Both the position numbers and the translations under genes were made by a program. A stretch of 64,000 nt of DNA from a virus: positions 32,571-96,570 of the IMG/VR virus record IMGVR_UViG_3300034072_001395; one strand, written 5' to 3'. Position 1 is the stretch's first letter. Each line of letters begins with the position of its first letter. The notes beneath the pieces were generated by a model. It was not told the DNA's origin and ran no database searches. It was given only the letters and a program-made list of their open reading frames with translations. Shown piece by piece: positions 36,367 to 46,535 of this stretch.

Positions 36367-36894
36367 CTACATCGTGCGCAGGTGCTCGGGATGGGCCATC
36401 GACAGCAGATGCAGACGGGACTTGACGGCACCGAGCGCAACAGCGTGAAGGCTCCCGCCGTTGAACTCGATGTCGTACACGGGCTGGAACGCCAGCGACC
36501 CCGTGCCATCTTCGAGGCGGATGTAGGGGCAGACGCGCACGCCCGTCAGGTATCCGCCTGCCACGAACACAGGGTCGATGTCGAACCAACCGTCGTCGTT
36601 GCCATCGACATGGATGAAGCGCGACCGGATGCGCAGCTCAAGGCAGAGCCGGCTCATCGCTTCGGTCACCGCCGCCGCGCGGGAGGCTTCTGCGTCCTCG
36701 GCGAGGCGCTCCAGCGTCGTGGCCACGTCGTGCTGACTGCGCCCCAGCGGCCGGAGGACGATGCCCACCTCCTTGTTGTGGATCGTCCACGCCATCGCGT
36801 TGCCGGGTGCCAGGAGGATGACGGTGTCACGACGACCACCAACGCGCCAGCCCTGTGGCAGGACTTCACGGATGACGCTGCGGGTGACGGTCAT
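36367..36894 (-). CDS. hypothetical protein
   Basis: TGATG coupling. Confidence 0.6.
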   Translation of the reverse strand: MTVTRSVIREVLPQGWRVGGRRDTVILLAPGNAMAWTIHNKEVGIVLRPLGRSQHDVATTLERLAEDAEASRAAAVTEAMSRLCLELRIRSRFIHVDGNDDGWFDIDPVFVAGGYLTGVRVCPYIRLEDGTGSLAFQPVYDIEFNGGSLHAVALGAVKSRLHLLSMAHPEHLRTM

Positions 36895-37367
36895 CAGGGG
36901 CTCCGCTCGTTGGCCTTGGCGATCTCGTCGTCGATCGCCTGGGCGATCTTCGACACGACGCCGAGGATGGCGGCCTGCTCACCGGCGTCGCGCGCATCGT
37001 TGCGCCGGTGGAACTCGCGGTCGACGATCTGCCGGGCGAGGAGGAGGCCGATGCCGGCGCTCTGCCGCTCCGCGGGCGCCATCTCGTCGAGATGCACGGA
37101 CGACAGAGACCCGAGAGCACGCTCCTCGTGGAAGCGGAGGATGGCCTCACGGACGTGGGCGGGCGAGAGGCCGCGCAGGGTGACGTAGCCGAGGATGGCG
37201 GCGACGAGTTCCTCCGATCGGGCTGCTGCGTTCATGTGAGCTTGGCTGGTCGTCTTGTTGGCGCGCGCCTCGTCCCACGCATCGACGGCTGCCTCCAGAC
37301 GGGGCAGGGTGCCGGCGTTGCGCGTGACGTGCTTCGGCAGCTCGAATACTGCGTAGGGATGCTCCAT
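36894..37367 (-). CDS. hypothetical protein
   Basis: GAGGAGG RBS; downstream of promoter 37398-37426. Confidence 0.65.
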   Translation of the reverse strand: MEHPYAVFELPKHVTRNAGTLPRLEAAVDAWDEARANKTTSQAHMNAAARSEELVAAILGYVTLRGLSPAHVREAILRFHEERALGSLSSVHLDEMAPAERQSAGIGLLLARQIVDREFHRRNDARDAGEQAAILGVVSKIAQAIDDEIAKANERSP

Positions 37368-37397
37368 GTGCGTGCGCCCTCCTCGTGGCGCCCACAA

Positions 37398-37426
37398 GTT
37401 GTAGCCCGGCGCTCGGACATGTGCAA
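37398..37426 (-). promoter_or_regulatory. sigma70-like promoter
   Basis: TTGCAC-N17-TACAAC. Confidence 0.55.
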
Positions 37427-37481
37427 GTCTGATCCACCGACGACGGCTGCCCTGGTTGTCTTACGCGGTGCGTGGCAGGTA

Positions 37482-37666
37482 CGTGGATCAGTCGAGTGGT
37501 GAGATCGTTGATGGATACTGCGCTTTCGCCGATCGCACTTCTTGTCATCCGTCAAAGTGCGTAGGCTTCCGAGGCGGCGATCCTACCCTTGTTGGCGCGT
37601 TCGGCATGGCTGAGACGCCGATCTCTGCCCCCTTGCATCGGCTACGATCCAGCGTTGGTCAACGAT
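37482..37666 (-). repeat. dispersed GATC-rich intergenic element, locus 3
   Basis: 37482-37520 equals 58662-58700 at 37/39; 37489-37552 is an inverted match to locus 2; degenerate plus-strand copy at 37642-37666. Confidence 0.95.
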
Positions 37667-37715
37667 CACGCTACTTGCGCGCCGTCTGGTGCGCGACATT
37701 CTGCGCGCCAACATG

Positions 37716-37748
37716 TTGCACTCGCACGGTGCCTCGGCTACTTGTTGT
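37716..37748 (+). promoter_or_regulatory. sigma70-like promoter, TACTTG class
   Basis: TTGCAC-N17-TACTTG-TTGT. Confidence 0.65.
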
Positions 37749-37799
37749 CTGCCTGCGGGCACTGATCGCCACCCACAAGCCCCTCTGAAGGAGGACAAC

Positions 37800-38786
37800 A
37801 TGCTCGACGCGAACGAAGACATGCAGCCCATCTACAACCCCGCCCGAGAGGCCCGCACGGCGCGTCTCCTCGCCACCGCCAGCAACGCCATGCGCGCGGG
37901 CAAGTCGCCCGTGGAAGTGTCGTTCTACCTGGCCCGCGCCGCCCTGCTGGTCGACTCGATCGGCGTCCCCTTCGCTCAGTACGAGGGCCCCGTCTGGCAC
38001 CTCTACCAGAACGTGCGGAGCATCGCCGGAGATCAGCCGCAGGCCGACCCGCCCATGGTCCCCGGGGAGTTCGAGGAGTTCACCGACATCATCGAGAACG
38101 CCATCGCGCTGTCGTCGAGCGGCCGCTTCGGGCACCCCGGCCTGTACGGTCGGTGGGTCGAGTGCGCCAGCGCGATCATGCCCTGGGTCGTCGAGTACGG
38201 CGCAGACGAACCCGCGGGCGACGTGTACCCCGAGACGGAGCCGAAGGCTGAGCCGGAGGCGGAGACGGAGCAGGCCGAGCCGGAGAAGCCCAAGGGCGTC
38301 CCCGTCATTCGGCGGCGCGCCTACAGCATCCGCGAAGTCGACGACGTGGCCGAGGCTGCGGAGCGCCTCTGCGCCGAGGCGAAGGCGCTGGGCAAGGCCG
38401 TCGCGCGCCCGTTCAACGGCGTCGACCTGCTCGCGTACCCGGACAGCACGCCGGCGCGCGTCGTGATGTGGTGGTCCTCCGAGTGGGATCTCCGCGTCGG
38501 CGACAAGTTCACGAAGCGGATCGTCTCGCTGGAGCGGGATCTTCACTGGGAGCGTGTGCGCCACAAGGACACCAACGAGCGCATGACCAAGGCGGAGCGC
38601 AAGGTCCGCGCCATGCATGCTGCGAGCATCACGACCACGCCGCCCGCCGACCCGGACCATGTGTTCTCCGTCGCCATCGAGGTCCTCGTGAAGGAGACTG
38701 GCGCCACCGACCTGCCCGACATGATCGACCGCGTGCGGACGAACACGGTCCTCGCCGACATGTGGCGCTTGCACCACGGCAAGTGA
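37800..38786 (+). CDS. hypothetical protein
   Basis: AAGGAGG RBS. Confidence 0.7.
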   Translation: MLDANEDMQPIYNPAREARTARLLATASNAMRAGKSPVEVSFYLARAALLVDSIGVPFAQYEGPVWHLYQNVRSIAGDQPQADPPMVPGEFEEFTDIIENAIALSSSGRFGHPGLYGRWVECASAIMPWVVEYGADEPAGDVYPETEPKAEPEAETEQAEPEKPKGVPVIRRRAYSIREVDDVAEAAERLCAEAKALGKAVARPFNGVDLLAYPDSTPARVVMWWSSEWDLRVGDKFTKRIVSLERDLHWERVRHKDTNERMTKAERKVRAMHAASITTTPPADPDHVFSVAIEVLVKETGATDLPDMIDRVRTNTVLADMWRLHHGK

Positions 38787-38870
38787 CGTGTTACGGGTGT
38801 GGAGCCGCTTGATGTCGGATGTTCTGCTTCAAGCGGCTCCCGCCCCCTGACACTGACAATGGAGGCCCCG

Positions 38871-39149
38871 ATGGGCTCCCGCCGCACCAAGGCCGACTAC
38901 CACTACATCCTGAGCACCATCGTCGATGGTGATGGCTGCTTCACCACCGAGGAGGCCAAGACCGCCTTCGGTGTGACCGCCACCGCGGTCGTCAGCACCC
39001 TGAACGGCCTCGCCAAGATCGGGCTGGTCGTGCGCACCAAGCGCGGCAACTACAAGCTGCTCATCACCGACACCGAGCAGGCCAGCCAGATCGTGCTGAG
39101 CACTGACGGTCGGCGGCTCCGGCGCAAGAACTCCGAGGCCAGCGCCTAA
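38871..39149 (+). CDS. winged-helix DNA-binding protein
   Basis: FTTEEA...FGV...AV...LNGLAKIGLVVRTKRGNY. Confidence 0.75.
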   Translation: MGSRRTKADYHYILSTIVDGDGCFTTEEAKTAFGVTATAVVSTLNGLAKIGLVVRTKRGNYKLLITDTEQASQIVLSTDGRRLRRKNSEASA

Positions 39150-40525
39150 GCACCGAACGCGCTGCTCGCCAGCGCGTACCCCAGTGCCTCCTGCGGGCGA
39201 CCGCGATCGAGGACCTGCCGACTGATCTGGCAGGCGTTGATCCAGTCGCCCGCAGCCGCGCTCCGCTCGGCCGCCTTCGTGGCCGCCATCTTGACGATGT
39301 GCGTCGCAGCCCACTGGCCGAGCACGTCGTTGATGGCGTAGCCGTTCGCCATGCACCACTCGTGCAAGGCACGCGCGGCGACGAAGCCGTCCTCGCCTGG
39401 CGCCGTCGGCCACACGGCCAGCGGTGCCTCGGACCCATCGTAGGCGAGGCCGATGACGGCGTGTGGCGATGCGCGCAGGTGGGCGCACAGCTCGACGAAG
39501 GAGCTGGCCGCGATGTTCGTGCGCGACGCCACGAGGCACACGGCCTCGACCAGCACTTCAAGCACCTCGGACGTGGGCACCTCGGGCAGTGCGCCCATCT
39601 TGTTGATCCGCTCGGCGGTCAGCATGATCAGCCCGGCGTACCGCGCGACCCGCGCTGAGGTCACGTCCGTCGTGCGCGCGATGGTACGCACGGCCTCCGT
39701 CCATCGCGTGTGCCCTTCGGCCAGGACGGCGCGCTCCGCTGGGCGGAAGGCCACCGGGAACATCGCCGTCACGAACATCGGGCCGATGTGCCCGTAGTTG
39801 CTCGCGCCCACCCCCTTCAACACCACAATGTCGCTGCGGGCTTCATCGCTCACGCCGCCGAACAGCGGCCGGGTGAGGGGCAGGAGGCGCGCCTTGGCGC
39901 CGTGGCGCTCTCGCGTCAGGTCGAACAGCGGCTCCTCGTTCGTGGACACGGCGAGGTTGTGCCACTGGCGGTAGCCGCCCTGCTGCGTCCGCTGCCCCTC
40001 GTGGAAGGCGTACACGAAGTCGAGCAGGCCGTCGGCCTTTCCGCTCCGGGTGCTCCGCGACTGCGCCTCGTTGACGAGCAGCGGCAGGTTGCGCAGCACG
40101 CTGGCGTGCTTCAGGAGATCACCGTTTGACGACTGCCATGTGTCCATGAAGGACATCGGCGCGCCCCACATGGCCTCCATCACGCCCAGGGACACGGACT
40201 TCCCCGTGCCGGACGGCCCGCCCACGTCGATGATGAAGGGCGCGATGTCGGCGCCGGCCTGCTGGAGCGGCTCGATGAGCGTGCTGGCGAGGCTTGCGAC
40301 GGCGAGCGCGGCCACGCCCGGGTAGCGCATCGCCGTCTGCCATACCCGCAGGGCCTCGGCGGCGTCGCCGCCCTTGGCGATCCGGCTGTAGTCCCGCGCT
40401 CGGAGTGGCGCGGCGAACACGGCGGGGTGCGTCTTCGCGGCCCCGCACCGCCACGTCGGGAGGGTGAAGTGGGTGGTCGGCTGCCAGCCGAGGTGGAGCG
40501 TGGTCTTGAACGTGGCGCGCGGCAT
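39146..40525 (-). CDS. DUF927/Cch-like AAA+ helicase-type ATPase
   Basis: LGWQ, IIDVGGPSGTGKS, W.S......A..L..LPLLVNE, STNE, GAKARL, NYGHIG. Confidence 0.75.
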   Translation of the reverse strand: MPRATFKTTLHLGWQPTTHFTLPTWRCGAAKTHPAVFAAPLRARDYSRIAKGGDAAEALRVWQTAMRYPGVAALAVASLASTLIEPLQQAGADIAPFIIDVGGPSGTGKSVSLGVMEAMWGAPMSFMDTWQSSNGDLLKHASVLRNLPLLVNEAQSRSTRSGKADGLLDFVYAFHEGQRTQQGGYRQWHNLAVSTNEEPLFDLTRERHGAKARLLPLTRPLFGGVSDEARSDIVVLKGVGASNYGHIGPMFVTAMFPVAFRPAERAVLAEGHTRWTEAVRTIARTTDVTSARVARYAGLIMLTAERINKMGALPEVPTSEVLEVLVEAVCLVASRTNIAASSFVELCAHLRASPHAVIGLAYDGSEAPLAVWPTAPGEDGFVAARALHEWCMANGYAINDVLGQWAATHIVKMAATKAAERSAAAGDWINACQISRQVLDRGRPQEALGYALASSAFGA

Positions 40526-40585
40526 AATGCCCCTCTAACACGGGGCCTTGCACTTGTCCGGTCGCCGGGGTATGTGGCTTGAACC

Positions 40586-42523
40586 ATGCGCGCCCTGTAC
40601 CAGAACCCGCACGCCGTCTACCGCGTCGAGGCTCCGCCGTCGGCGGTGTCCTGCCTCCGCGACCTCGTGCCAGGCACCTTCGTCCACGGCCTCGCCGCTG
40701 GGCGGTGGGTCAACGTCCGCTCCGTGTGGGAAGCCCCGGACGCGGAGCCCCTGACGTGCCGGGTGACTGTGGCGACGCCCGGCGCGGCCTGGGTCGAGGC
40801 GTACCTCCGAGCCCAGGGCATCACGTTTGACGGCACCCAGCGGGGCGACGCAGCCCCGGTTGACCGCCGGGACGTGTCCGCCTTCGTCCGCGAGGGGCGA
40901 GCGGTTGTAGGCCGCCTGGAGCGCGAGGGATGGGTGCGCCCTGGCCTCGCATCCCGGGTCTACGACGCGCAGGCAGAACTCGTCGGGCGCATCGAGGCCG
41001 GCGTCAAGTCGCTGTTACTGGTCTGGCCTGGCGGGTCGGGCAAGACGTGGGCGGCCTACCTCGCCGCCTTCACGGCCATGTCCAAGGACCGCTCGCCGAT
41101 CGTCTGTGTCGTCCCCTCGACGGTGCGCATCGGCTGGGGTCGGGACGCCGCGCGGATCACGGACACGGAGATCCACGTCGCCCTCCCCGACACCAAGGGC
41201 GGTGGCATCGGCGGCCTGCACTCATACCTCGAACGGATGCGCGCGGCCGACCGCCCGCCCATCATCGTCGTCGGCCAGGAGCATCTGGCCTACTGGCTCC
41301 CGCACTTGGAGGTCGCCGCCCCGGGCGTCGTCATCTTCGACGAGATCGACACGATCGCCAATCGGGACCTGTTCAAGGTACGCTACCTGCCGGACGGCAG
41401 CGTGGACATCTCCTACCGGGAGACGCGCGGAGGCAAGGCCGTCCGGGGCGTCGCCGCCCTGGAGTTGTCCATGCTCCCGACGGTGCGCACCCGCATCGGC
41501 CTGACGGCGACCCCGCTCTGGAACGGGGTGCCCGAGAAGCTGTGGCCGGTGTCGCACCTCGTCTGGCCCGGCGTCTTCGGCTTCGGCTTCCACGCCTTCG
41601 GGTTGCGCTACTGCGGCGGCCACGTCCCCGACACCGGGTACGGCACCGTGTTCGACCGCCCGACCAACATCGTCGAGTTGAAGCGGCGGGCCCAGTTCTT
41701 CGTCCACTACGTTTCCTACGCCGAGTCGCACGGCAAGTTGCCGCCGATCACCTACAAGGTGTCGCCAGTGGCGCCCTCGGAGCAGGACGCCAGCGCCCGG
41801 TTCTCGGAGGCGATGACCTGGTCACAGGCGTTCAAGGCCGTCGCCAAGGGCACCGTCATCACGGACGACGACGGCGTCTCCTACGGGACGGCCAGCGGCG
41901 GCGCGGTGAACACCTACGAGTTGACGCTGGCCCACTCGTGCGCCGTGAAGCGCACTGCGGTCGTGGACCGGGCCGTCGCCACGGCGCTCGGCGGCGGTCG
42001 CGTCATCGTCGCCGTCGGGCGCATCTCCGAGGCGCGCGCCTGGATCGCCGCCATCGAGCGCGACCTGAGCCGGCGGACGCCGAAGGCGTCGGCGACCACG
42101 CCCCGGTGCTGGCTGATGGTCGGCGAGGGCATGAGCGCCGAGGAGCGCATGGCGAACCTCGACGCCTGGGCCGCGCACGAAGGAGGCGCCGTCGGCGTCA
42201 TCACCTATCAGGCGATGGGCGCCGGCGTGGACGGGATGCAGGTCGCCGACCACGCGATCATCGCCATGCTCCCGCCGACCGGCCGCGACTTGGAGCAGTT
42301 GATCAAGCGGTTCGACCGGGCCAACCGCACGAAGAACGTGCTCATCGAGATCATGTTCGCCGCCGGCCACCGCGACGAGGACCACCTGAAGCGGCAGGCC
42401 GCCAACTACGCCGCCTTCGCCGACTTCCTCGGAGACGCCAACTTCAAGCGCGTCTCCGACGTGCTCGCCCCTCCCAAGCCCATCGAGGATGTCGTCGCTG
42501 ACTTCCTCTCCGGCATCATCTGA
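40586..42523 (+). CDS. SNF2/SF2-like helicase
   Basis: GGSGKT, VVP, IFDEID, GLTATP, GAGVDG, EQ...RFDR. Confidence 0.8.
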   Translation: MRALYQNPHAVYRVEAPPSAVSCLRDLVPGTFVHGLAAGRWVNVRSVWEAPDAEPLTCRVTVATPGAAWVEAYLRAQGITFDGTQRGDAAPVDRRDVSAFVREGRAVVGRLEREGWVRPGLASRVYDAQAELVGRIEAGVKSLLLVWPGGSGKTWAAYLAAFTAMSKDRSPIVCVVPSTVRIGWGRDAARITDTEIHVALPDTKGGGIGGLHSYLERMRAADRPPIIVVGQEHLAYWLPHLEVAAPGVVIFDEIDTIANRDLFKVRYLPDGSVDISYRETRGGKAVRGVAALELSMLPTVRTRIGLTATPLWNGVPEKLWPVSHLVWPGVFGFGFHAFGLRYCGGHVPDTGYGTVFDRPTNIVELKRRAQFFVHYVSYAESHGKLPPITYKVSPVAPSEQDASARFSEAMTWSQAFKAVAKGTVITDDDGVSYGTASGGAVNTYELTLAHSCAVKRTAVVDRAVATALGGGRVIVAVGRISEARAWIAAIERDLSRRTPKASATTPRCWLMVGEGMSAEERMANLDAWAAHEGGAVGVITYQAMGAGVDGMQVADHAIIAMLPPTGRDLEQLIKRFDRANRTKNVLIEIMFAAGHRDEDHLKRQAANYAAFADFLGDANFKRVSDVLAPPKPIEDVVADFLSGII

Positions 42524-42538
42524 ACAGGTGAACCACCG

Positions 42539-43657
42539 ATGTCCCTCCTCGAACGCGCCCGCCGTGCTGCCATCCCGACCGCCACCGCCGCCCACATGCC
42601 CGCACACGCCGGGCAGAGCAGCACCGGGACGCGCCTCGTCAACGCCTCGATGTCGATGCGTGGATGGTCGCGCCTCTCCCGGTTCGTGTCCTGCCCCTAC
42701 CGCTTCGCCCGGCACGGCTCCGAGCAGGAGGAGTCCGAGGCCCTGTCCCGCGGCAGTCTCGGCCACGTCATCCTCGCCCACCTCGCCATCCACGAGGCCG
42801 CCGAGCAGGGCTTCTCCATCACCGTCAACAACGAGGTCGTGACGCCTGAGCAGGCCGGGGAGTGGATGTCCCCGCTCGCCGCCCTGCGCGCGTCCGCCAC
42901 GTCGCAGTTCCGCGGTGTGGAGCTGCTGGCCTCGATGCAGGACATCTTCGCGGGCCACCTGATCTCGCGCACGCCGCCCTCCACGGGGACGTACCGACAC
43001 GTCGAGGTCGAGAGCGAGCTGGCCGGTGTGATCGGCTACCGCAACAAGGAGCGCGGCCTGTGGCTCGTCCATCCGTCGGAGTGGGACAAGCTGCGTGACA
43101 AGTCCCAGCATTGGCAGGACGAGAACGGCGAGACGCGCTTCCGCGCCTACGACGGCGGCACCATCCGGGTGACGAAGCAGGGCTCTGCGGGCGGCGACGT
43201 GGTGTGGATGTCCCGGCGCCTGGACGCCGTGTGGGACACCCCGAACGGGATCGTGGTCGTCGACCACAAGCACAAGGCCAAGATCGACGGCAAGGTCGCC
43301 GAGCGGTCCTACCACCATGACCTCGGCTTCACCGTCATCTCCGTGCTCGCCGCGCAGCGGTGGCCCGTGTCGTACTCGCACACGGCGCTCCAGTTCGTGA
43401 GCACGGCCAGCGCGGACTACGGGCGCACCAAGATCGTGATCCTCCCGCGCGACGCGAGCAACGAGCGCCGGGCCTGGCGCGACGTGTTCGACCACGAGGT
43501 CGACCTGGCGCGCTACAAGCAGGAGCAAGAGGCCGGCACGCGCTCGATGTACGAGTGGCCCCGGCGCCGCCTGGAGGTGGGCGGCCCGTGCCAGACCACC
43601 TACGGCCGGTGCCCGTTCTTCGACGAGTGCCACCCGATGAGTTACATGACCGTGTGA
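42539..43657 (+). CDS. PD-(D/E)XK exonuclease, Cas4/AddB-like with Fe-S cysteines
   Basis: CPYRF, RGSLGH, E.E, RLDAV, VVDHK, C-terminal C.....CPF...C. Confidence 0.8.
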   Translation: MSLLERARRAAIPTATAAHMPAHAGQSSTGTRLVNASMSMRGWSRLSRFVSCPYRFARHGSEQEESEALSRGSLGHVILAHLAIHEAAEQGFSITVNNEVVTPEQAGEWMSPLAALRASATSQFRGVELLASMQDIFAGHLISRTPPSTGTYRHVEVESELAGVIGYRNKERGLWLVHPSEWDKLRDKSQHWQDENGETRFRAYDGGTIRVTKQGSAGGDVVWMSRRLDAVWDTPNGIVVVDHKHKAKIDGKVAERSYHHDLGFTVISVLAAQRWPVSYSHTALQFVSTASADYGRTKIVILPRDASNERRAWRDVFDHEVDLARYKQEQEAGTRSMYEWPRRRLEVGGPCQTTYGRCPFFDECHPMSYMTV

Positions 43658-43730
43658 CTGCGCAAGCAGAGACAAGCGACAACAGAGGCGGACACATTCT
43701 GTCCGCCACACCAACAAGCAGGAGCCAGCG

Positions 43731-44810
43731 ATGGCAGAGAACAGCAACGAGCCGCTCACGTCGACGAGGACCATGAGCGGCGGCACCGACACCTACGTCC
43801 TCTACGGCCCGCCGGGCGTCGGCGGCACGACGGCGGCGATCCTCGCCGACCCGTCGGCCCTCGCGTTCGGCGCCGAACAGGACATGCGGAACATCTACAA
43901 GCAGTACCAGATCCCCCGGCGTCTGGCGTCCGACGCCACGGCCGGGTCGTGGAAGGGGCGCACGCTCTGGACGATCTTCGACCTGGAGGCGGCGGTCAAC
44001 ATCCTCCGCAAGCGCAAGGCCGACGGCAAGCAGACGCTCTGCGGCGTCTTCGTCGACGACTTCACGCTCATGGCCCAGCGCACGATGGACCAGATGCAGC
44101 AGTGGGCCGTCGAGGACGCCGGCGGCCTCGGCGCTCCGTACACCACTCGGGATGGCAAGCCCCTGGCCTCCGTCATGTTCCGCACCCTGACGGAGAAGGT
44201 TCACAAGCTGGTCGATGACTTCAAGGACCTGGGCATCAACCTGATCCTGCGCTGCCATGAGCGCGAGCCTGGGATGGGCAAGGACATCAACACGCAGGAG
44301 GCGACGTTCTACCCGGGCGGGCCCATGTTCCCGAGCCGGAAGATGGGCTGGACGATCCAGCGGCGCCTCAGCACCATCATCCGGTGCGGCATGATGTCGG
44401 AGTTCGCCGACCCCCTCAGTCCGCCGGGGCTGCCCTTCACGTCCGTGATGATGCGCTACCCGCCCTCGGCCGAGTGGTCGACCCGCGATCGGGGTGACGC
44501 GCTCCTCAACGTGGCGCCGCTGTCGCTCGCCGCGATCATGCTGGAGCACGGCACCTTCCCGGTGATCCCCGAGCGCGAGTGGTTCATCGAGAAGTCTTTC
44601 GCCGCTCGGGACTTGACGCTCGCCCTCGGAGCGGGCTACATGGATTTCGCCGAACGGTCGAAGGTCGCCAAGAGCTTCGCCGCCGGCAGCAACCTGGCGC
44701 CTCACGACGCTCGTGCGACGTGGCAGACCGGCTCTGCGCTGGCTGTCATGCGCATGGTGCGCGAAGGCGTCATCCCGCCCGTCAACCTGTCCGCTGCGCA
44801 GAACAAGTAG
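43731..44810 (+). CDS. Sak4/AAA_24-like P-loop protein (Walker A Lys replaced by Gly)
   Basis: LYGPPGVGGTT, VFVDDFT, ILRCHER; lies between exonuclease and SSB. Confidence 0.7.
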   Translation: MAENSNEPLTSTRTMSGGTDTYVLYGPPGVGGTTAAILADPSALAFGAEQDMRNIYKQYQIPRRLASDATAGSWKGRTLWTIFDLEAAVNILRKRKADGKQTLCGVFVDDFTLMAQRTMDQMQQWAVEDAGGLGAPYTTRDGKPLASVMFRTLTEKVHKLVDDFKDLGINLILRCHEREPGMGKDINTQEATFYPGGPMFPSRKMGWTIQRRLSTIIRCGMMSEFADPLSPPGLPFTSVMMRYPPSAEWSTRDRGDALLNVAPLSLAAIMLEHGTFPVIPEREWFIEKSFAARDLTLALGAGYMDFAERSKVAKSFAAGSNLAPHDARATWQTGSALAVMRMVREGVIPPVNLSAAQNK

Positions 44811-44838
44811 CAGCACAACCACCCAGGAGAACCGAACC

Positions 44839-45537
44839 ATGTCCCTTCTCAACAAGGCCAAGGCCGCCGCCGTCAAGGGCGGCACCTCCTTCACCCCCGC
44901 GCCCGCCTCCGGCTACTACGTCGCGTCCTTCGACGCCGAGCGGACCAAGATCGCCCAGGGCGGCAGCCTCATGCTGGGGCTGAAGTTCGAGGGCTACAGC
45001 ACCTCGAAGTTCGTGTCCGACCCCTCCGCCACCCTCCAGAAGCCCGACACCCGCGCGCCCAAGTGGGCCCTCAACGAGTGCATCGAGGTCGGCGCCATCG
45101 CCGAGAACCTGGGCCTGCTCCAGACCATCGCCGACAGCGACGCCGACTTCGACAACAAGAAGCCCTCGCCGCAGTCGGCGAAGCGCCTGGACGACGCCGG
45201 CTTCGACGCCGAGGACCAGACCACCTTCGCCCAGGCCCAGGCCGTATTCGGCCGCCTCTCCGACCCCGCCTGGATGAAGCGGCAGTCCCCCTCGCAGGTC
45301 GTCGTGAAGTGGGCGGCCCCCGAGCGCGGCGCGCGCAACAAGAAGGGCGGCCCGCTCTACGGCGAGATCCAGGGCATCTACCCGGTCGGCATGCTCGACG
45401 AGCTGCGCGCCGGCCCCCCGGTCGAGGACATCAAGGGCTTCGTCGGCGCCCCCGCGGCCTCCGGCGGCAACGCCTCCGGCTCCAGCGCCGCGGCCGCCTC
45501 GGCCGACGTGCCCGATGATGGGGACATTCCCTTCTAA
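44839..45537 (+). CDS. putative single-stranded DNA-binding protein
   Basis: Gly/Ala/Ser linker and acidic C-terminal DDGDIPF; follows Sak4-like gene. Confidence 0.7.
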   Translation: MSLLNKAKAAAVKGGTSFTPAPASGYYVASFDAERTKIAQGGSLMLGLKFEGYSTSKFVSDPSATLQKPDTRAPKWALNECIEVGAIAENLGLLQTIADSDADFDNKKPSPQSAKRLDDAGFDAEDQTTFAQAQAVFGRLSDPAWMKRQSPSQVVVKWAAPERGARNKKGGPLYGEIQGIYPVGMLDELRAGPPVEDIKGFVGAPAASGGNASGSSAAAASADVPDDGDIPF

Positions 45538-45559
45538 GGGCTGTCGCTGACACAACCAC

Positions 45560-45620
45560 AGGGCGGGCCGTAGGCTGCCGGCGTTACACTCCCGCCGCAC
45601 GCAGTCTACGCGCCCGCCCT
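45560..45620 (+). terminator. long stem-loop after the SSB gene
   Basis: AGGGCGGGC.CGTAGGCTGC...GCAGTCTACG.GCCCGCCCT. Confidence 0.55.
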
Positions 45621-45642
45621 CTCTCATTCTGGAGATCACCGC

Positions 45643-46521
45643 ATGTACCAGTCCCCCTTCAAGTACCCAGGCAGCAAGGCCCGCGCGCTCCCCGCCATCG
45701 CATCTACCCTCCGTCGCCTCGCCGAGCCGGGCGGCGCCCTGGCCGTCCCCTTCGTCGGCGCCGGCTGGGAGCCGATGTCCGTGCTGGAGGACCGTGAGGT
45801 CGCCGCGCGCACGCACCTGATCCTCGCCGACAGCAGCCCCTACATCGCCCGCTTCTGGATGGCGCTCAACGAGCGGCCCGACGACGTGGACACTGTGTTC
45901 GACCAGCTCGCGTCGGAGTGGGCGACGGTCGCCCCCGCGAAGCGGCGCGCGGCCTACGTCCACATGCGCGAGGCCATGTCCGACTCCCTGGGCGACGACT
46001 GCCACGTCACGGCCGCCTACCTGATGATCGTCCAGCGGCTCGCCTTCAACGGCCTGTTCCGCACGAACGTCTCCGGCCGCCTCAACGTCCCGCCCGGGTC
46101 GGCGTGCGCCGAGGACGCGCCGCTTGTTGCGTGGGCCGACACGCGCGCCAACATCAAGGGTGCCGTCGAGCGCCTCAAGCGGGCGGCCTCCGTGAAGGTC
46201 CTCTGCGGCGACTGGTCCGACACGCTCGACTTCGCGCTCGACCACCACGGCGGTGGGTACGTCCTCTGTGACCCGCCCTACGTCAAGACGCACGCGGCGT
46301 ACACCCGCGCCGGCTTCGGCATGGCCGACCAGAAGGCCCTCATCGAGCGCCTCGCCGACCTGCCGCCCGCCTGGCGCGCGTCCATCACGAACTCGGTGGA
46401 CGCTGACGGGCTGTTCGACCGTGCCTCGTGGGACGTTGTGTGTTACGCGGTCAGGCGCAGTATCTCCTGCACCAACGAGGCCCGCGGTGCGGCGGGCGAG
46501 ATCATCGCCGTCAAGAAGTAG
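45643..46521 (+). CDS. Dam-like (alpha class) DNA adenine methyltransferase
   Basis: PFKYPGSK, PFVGAG, FNGLFRTN.SG.LNVP.G, DPPY, VRRSIS. Confidence 0.9.
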   Translation: MYQSPFKYPGSKARALPAIASTLRRLAEPGGALAVPFVGAGWEPMSVLEDREVAARTHLILADSSPYIARFWMALNERPDDVDTVFDQLASEWATVAPAKRRAAYVHMREAMSDSLGDDCHVTAAYLMIVQRLAFNGLFRTNVSGRLNVPPGSACAEDAPLVAWADTRANIKGAVERLKRAASVKVLCGDWSDTLDFALDHHGGGYVLCDPPYVKTHAAYTRAGFGMADQKALIERLADLPPAWRASITNSVDADGLFDRASWDVVCYAVRRSISCTNEARGAAGEIIAVKK

Positions 46522-46535
46522 CGGAGGCAGAGCCC

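Noticed and set aside
42539-43657. Cas4-like gene as evidence of CRISPR-Cas
   Set aside because: Sits in the standard phage exonuclease-Sak4-SSB recombination module
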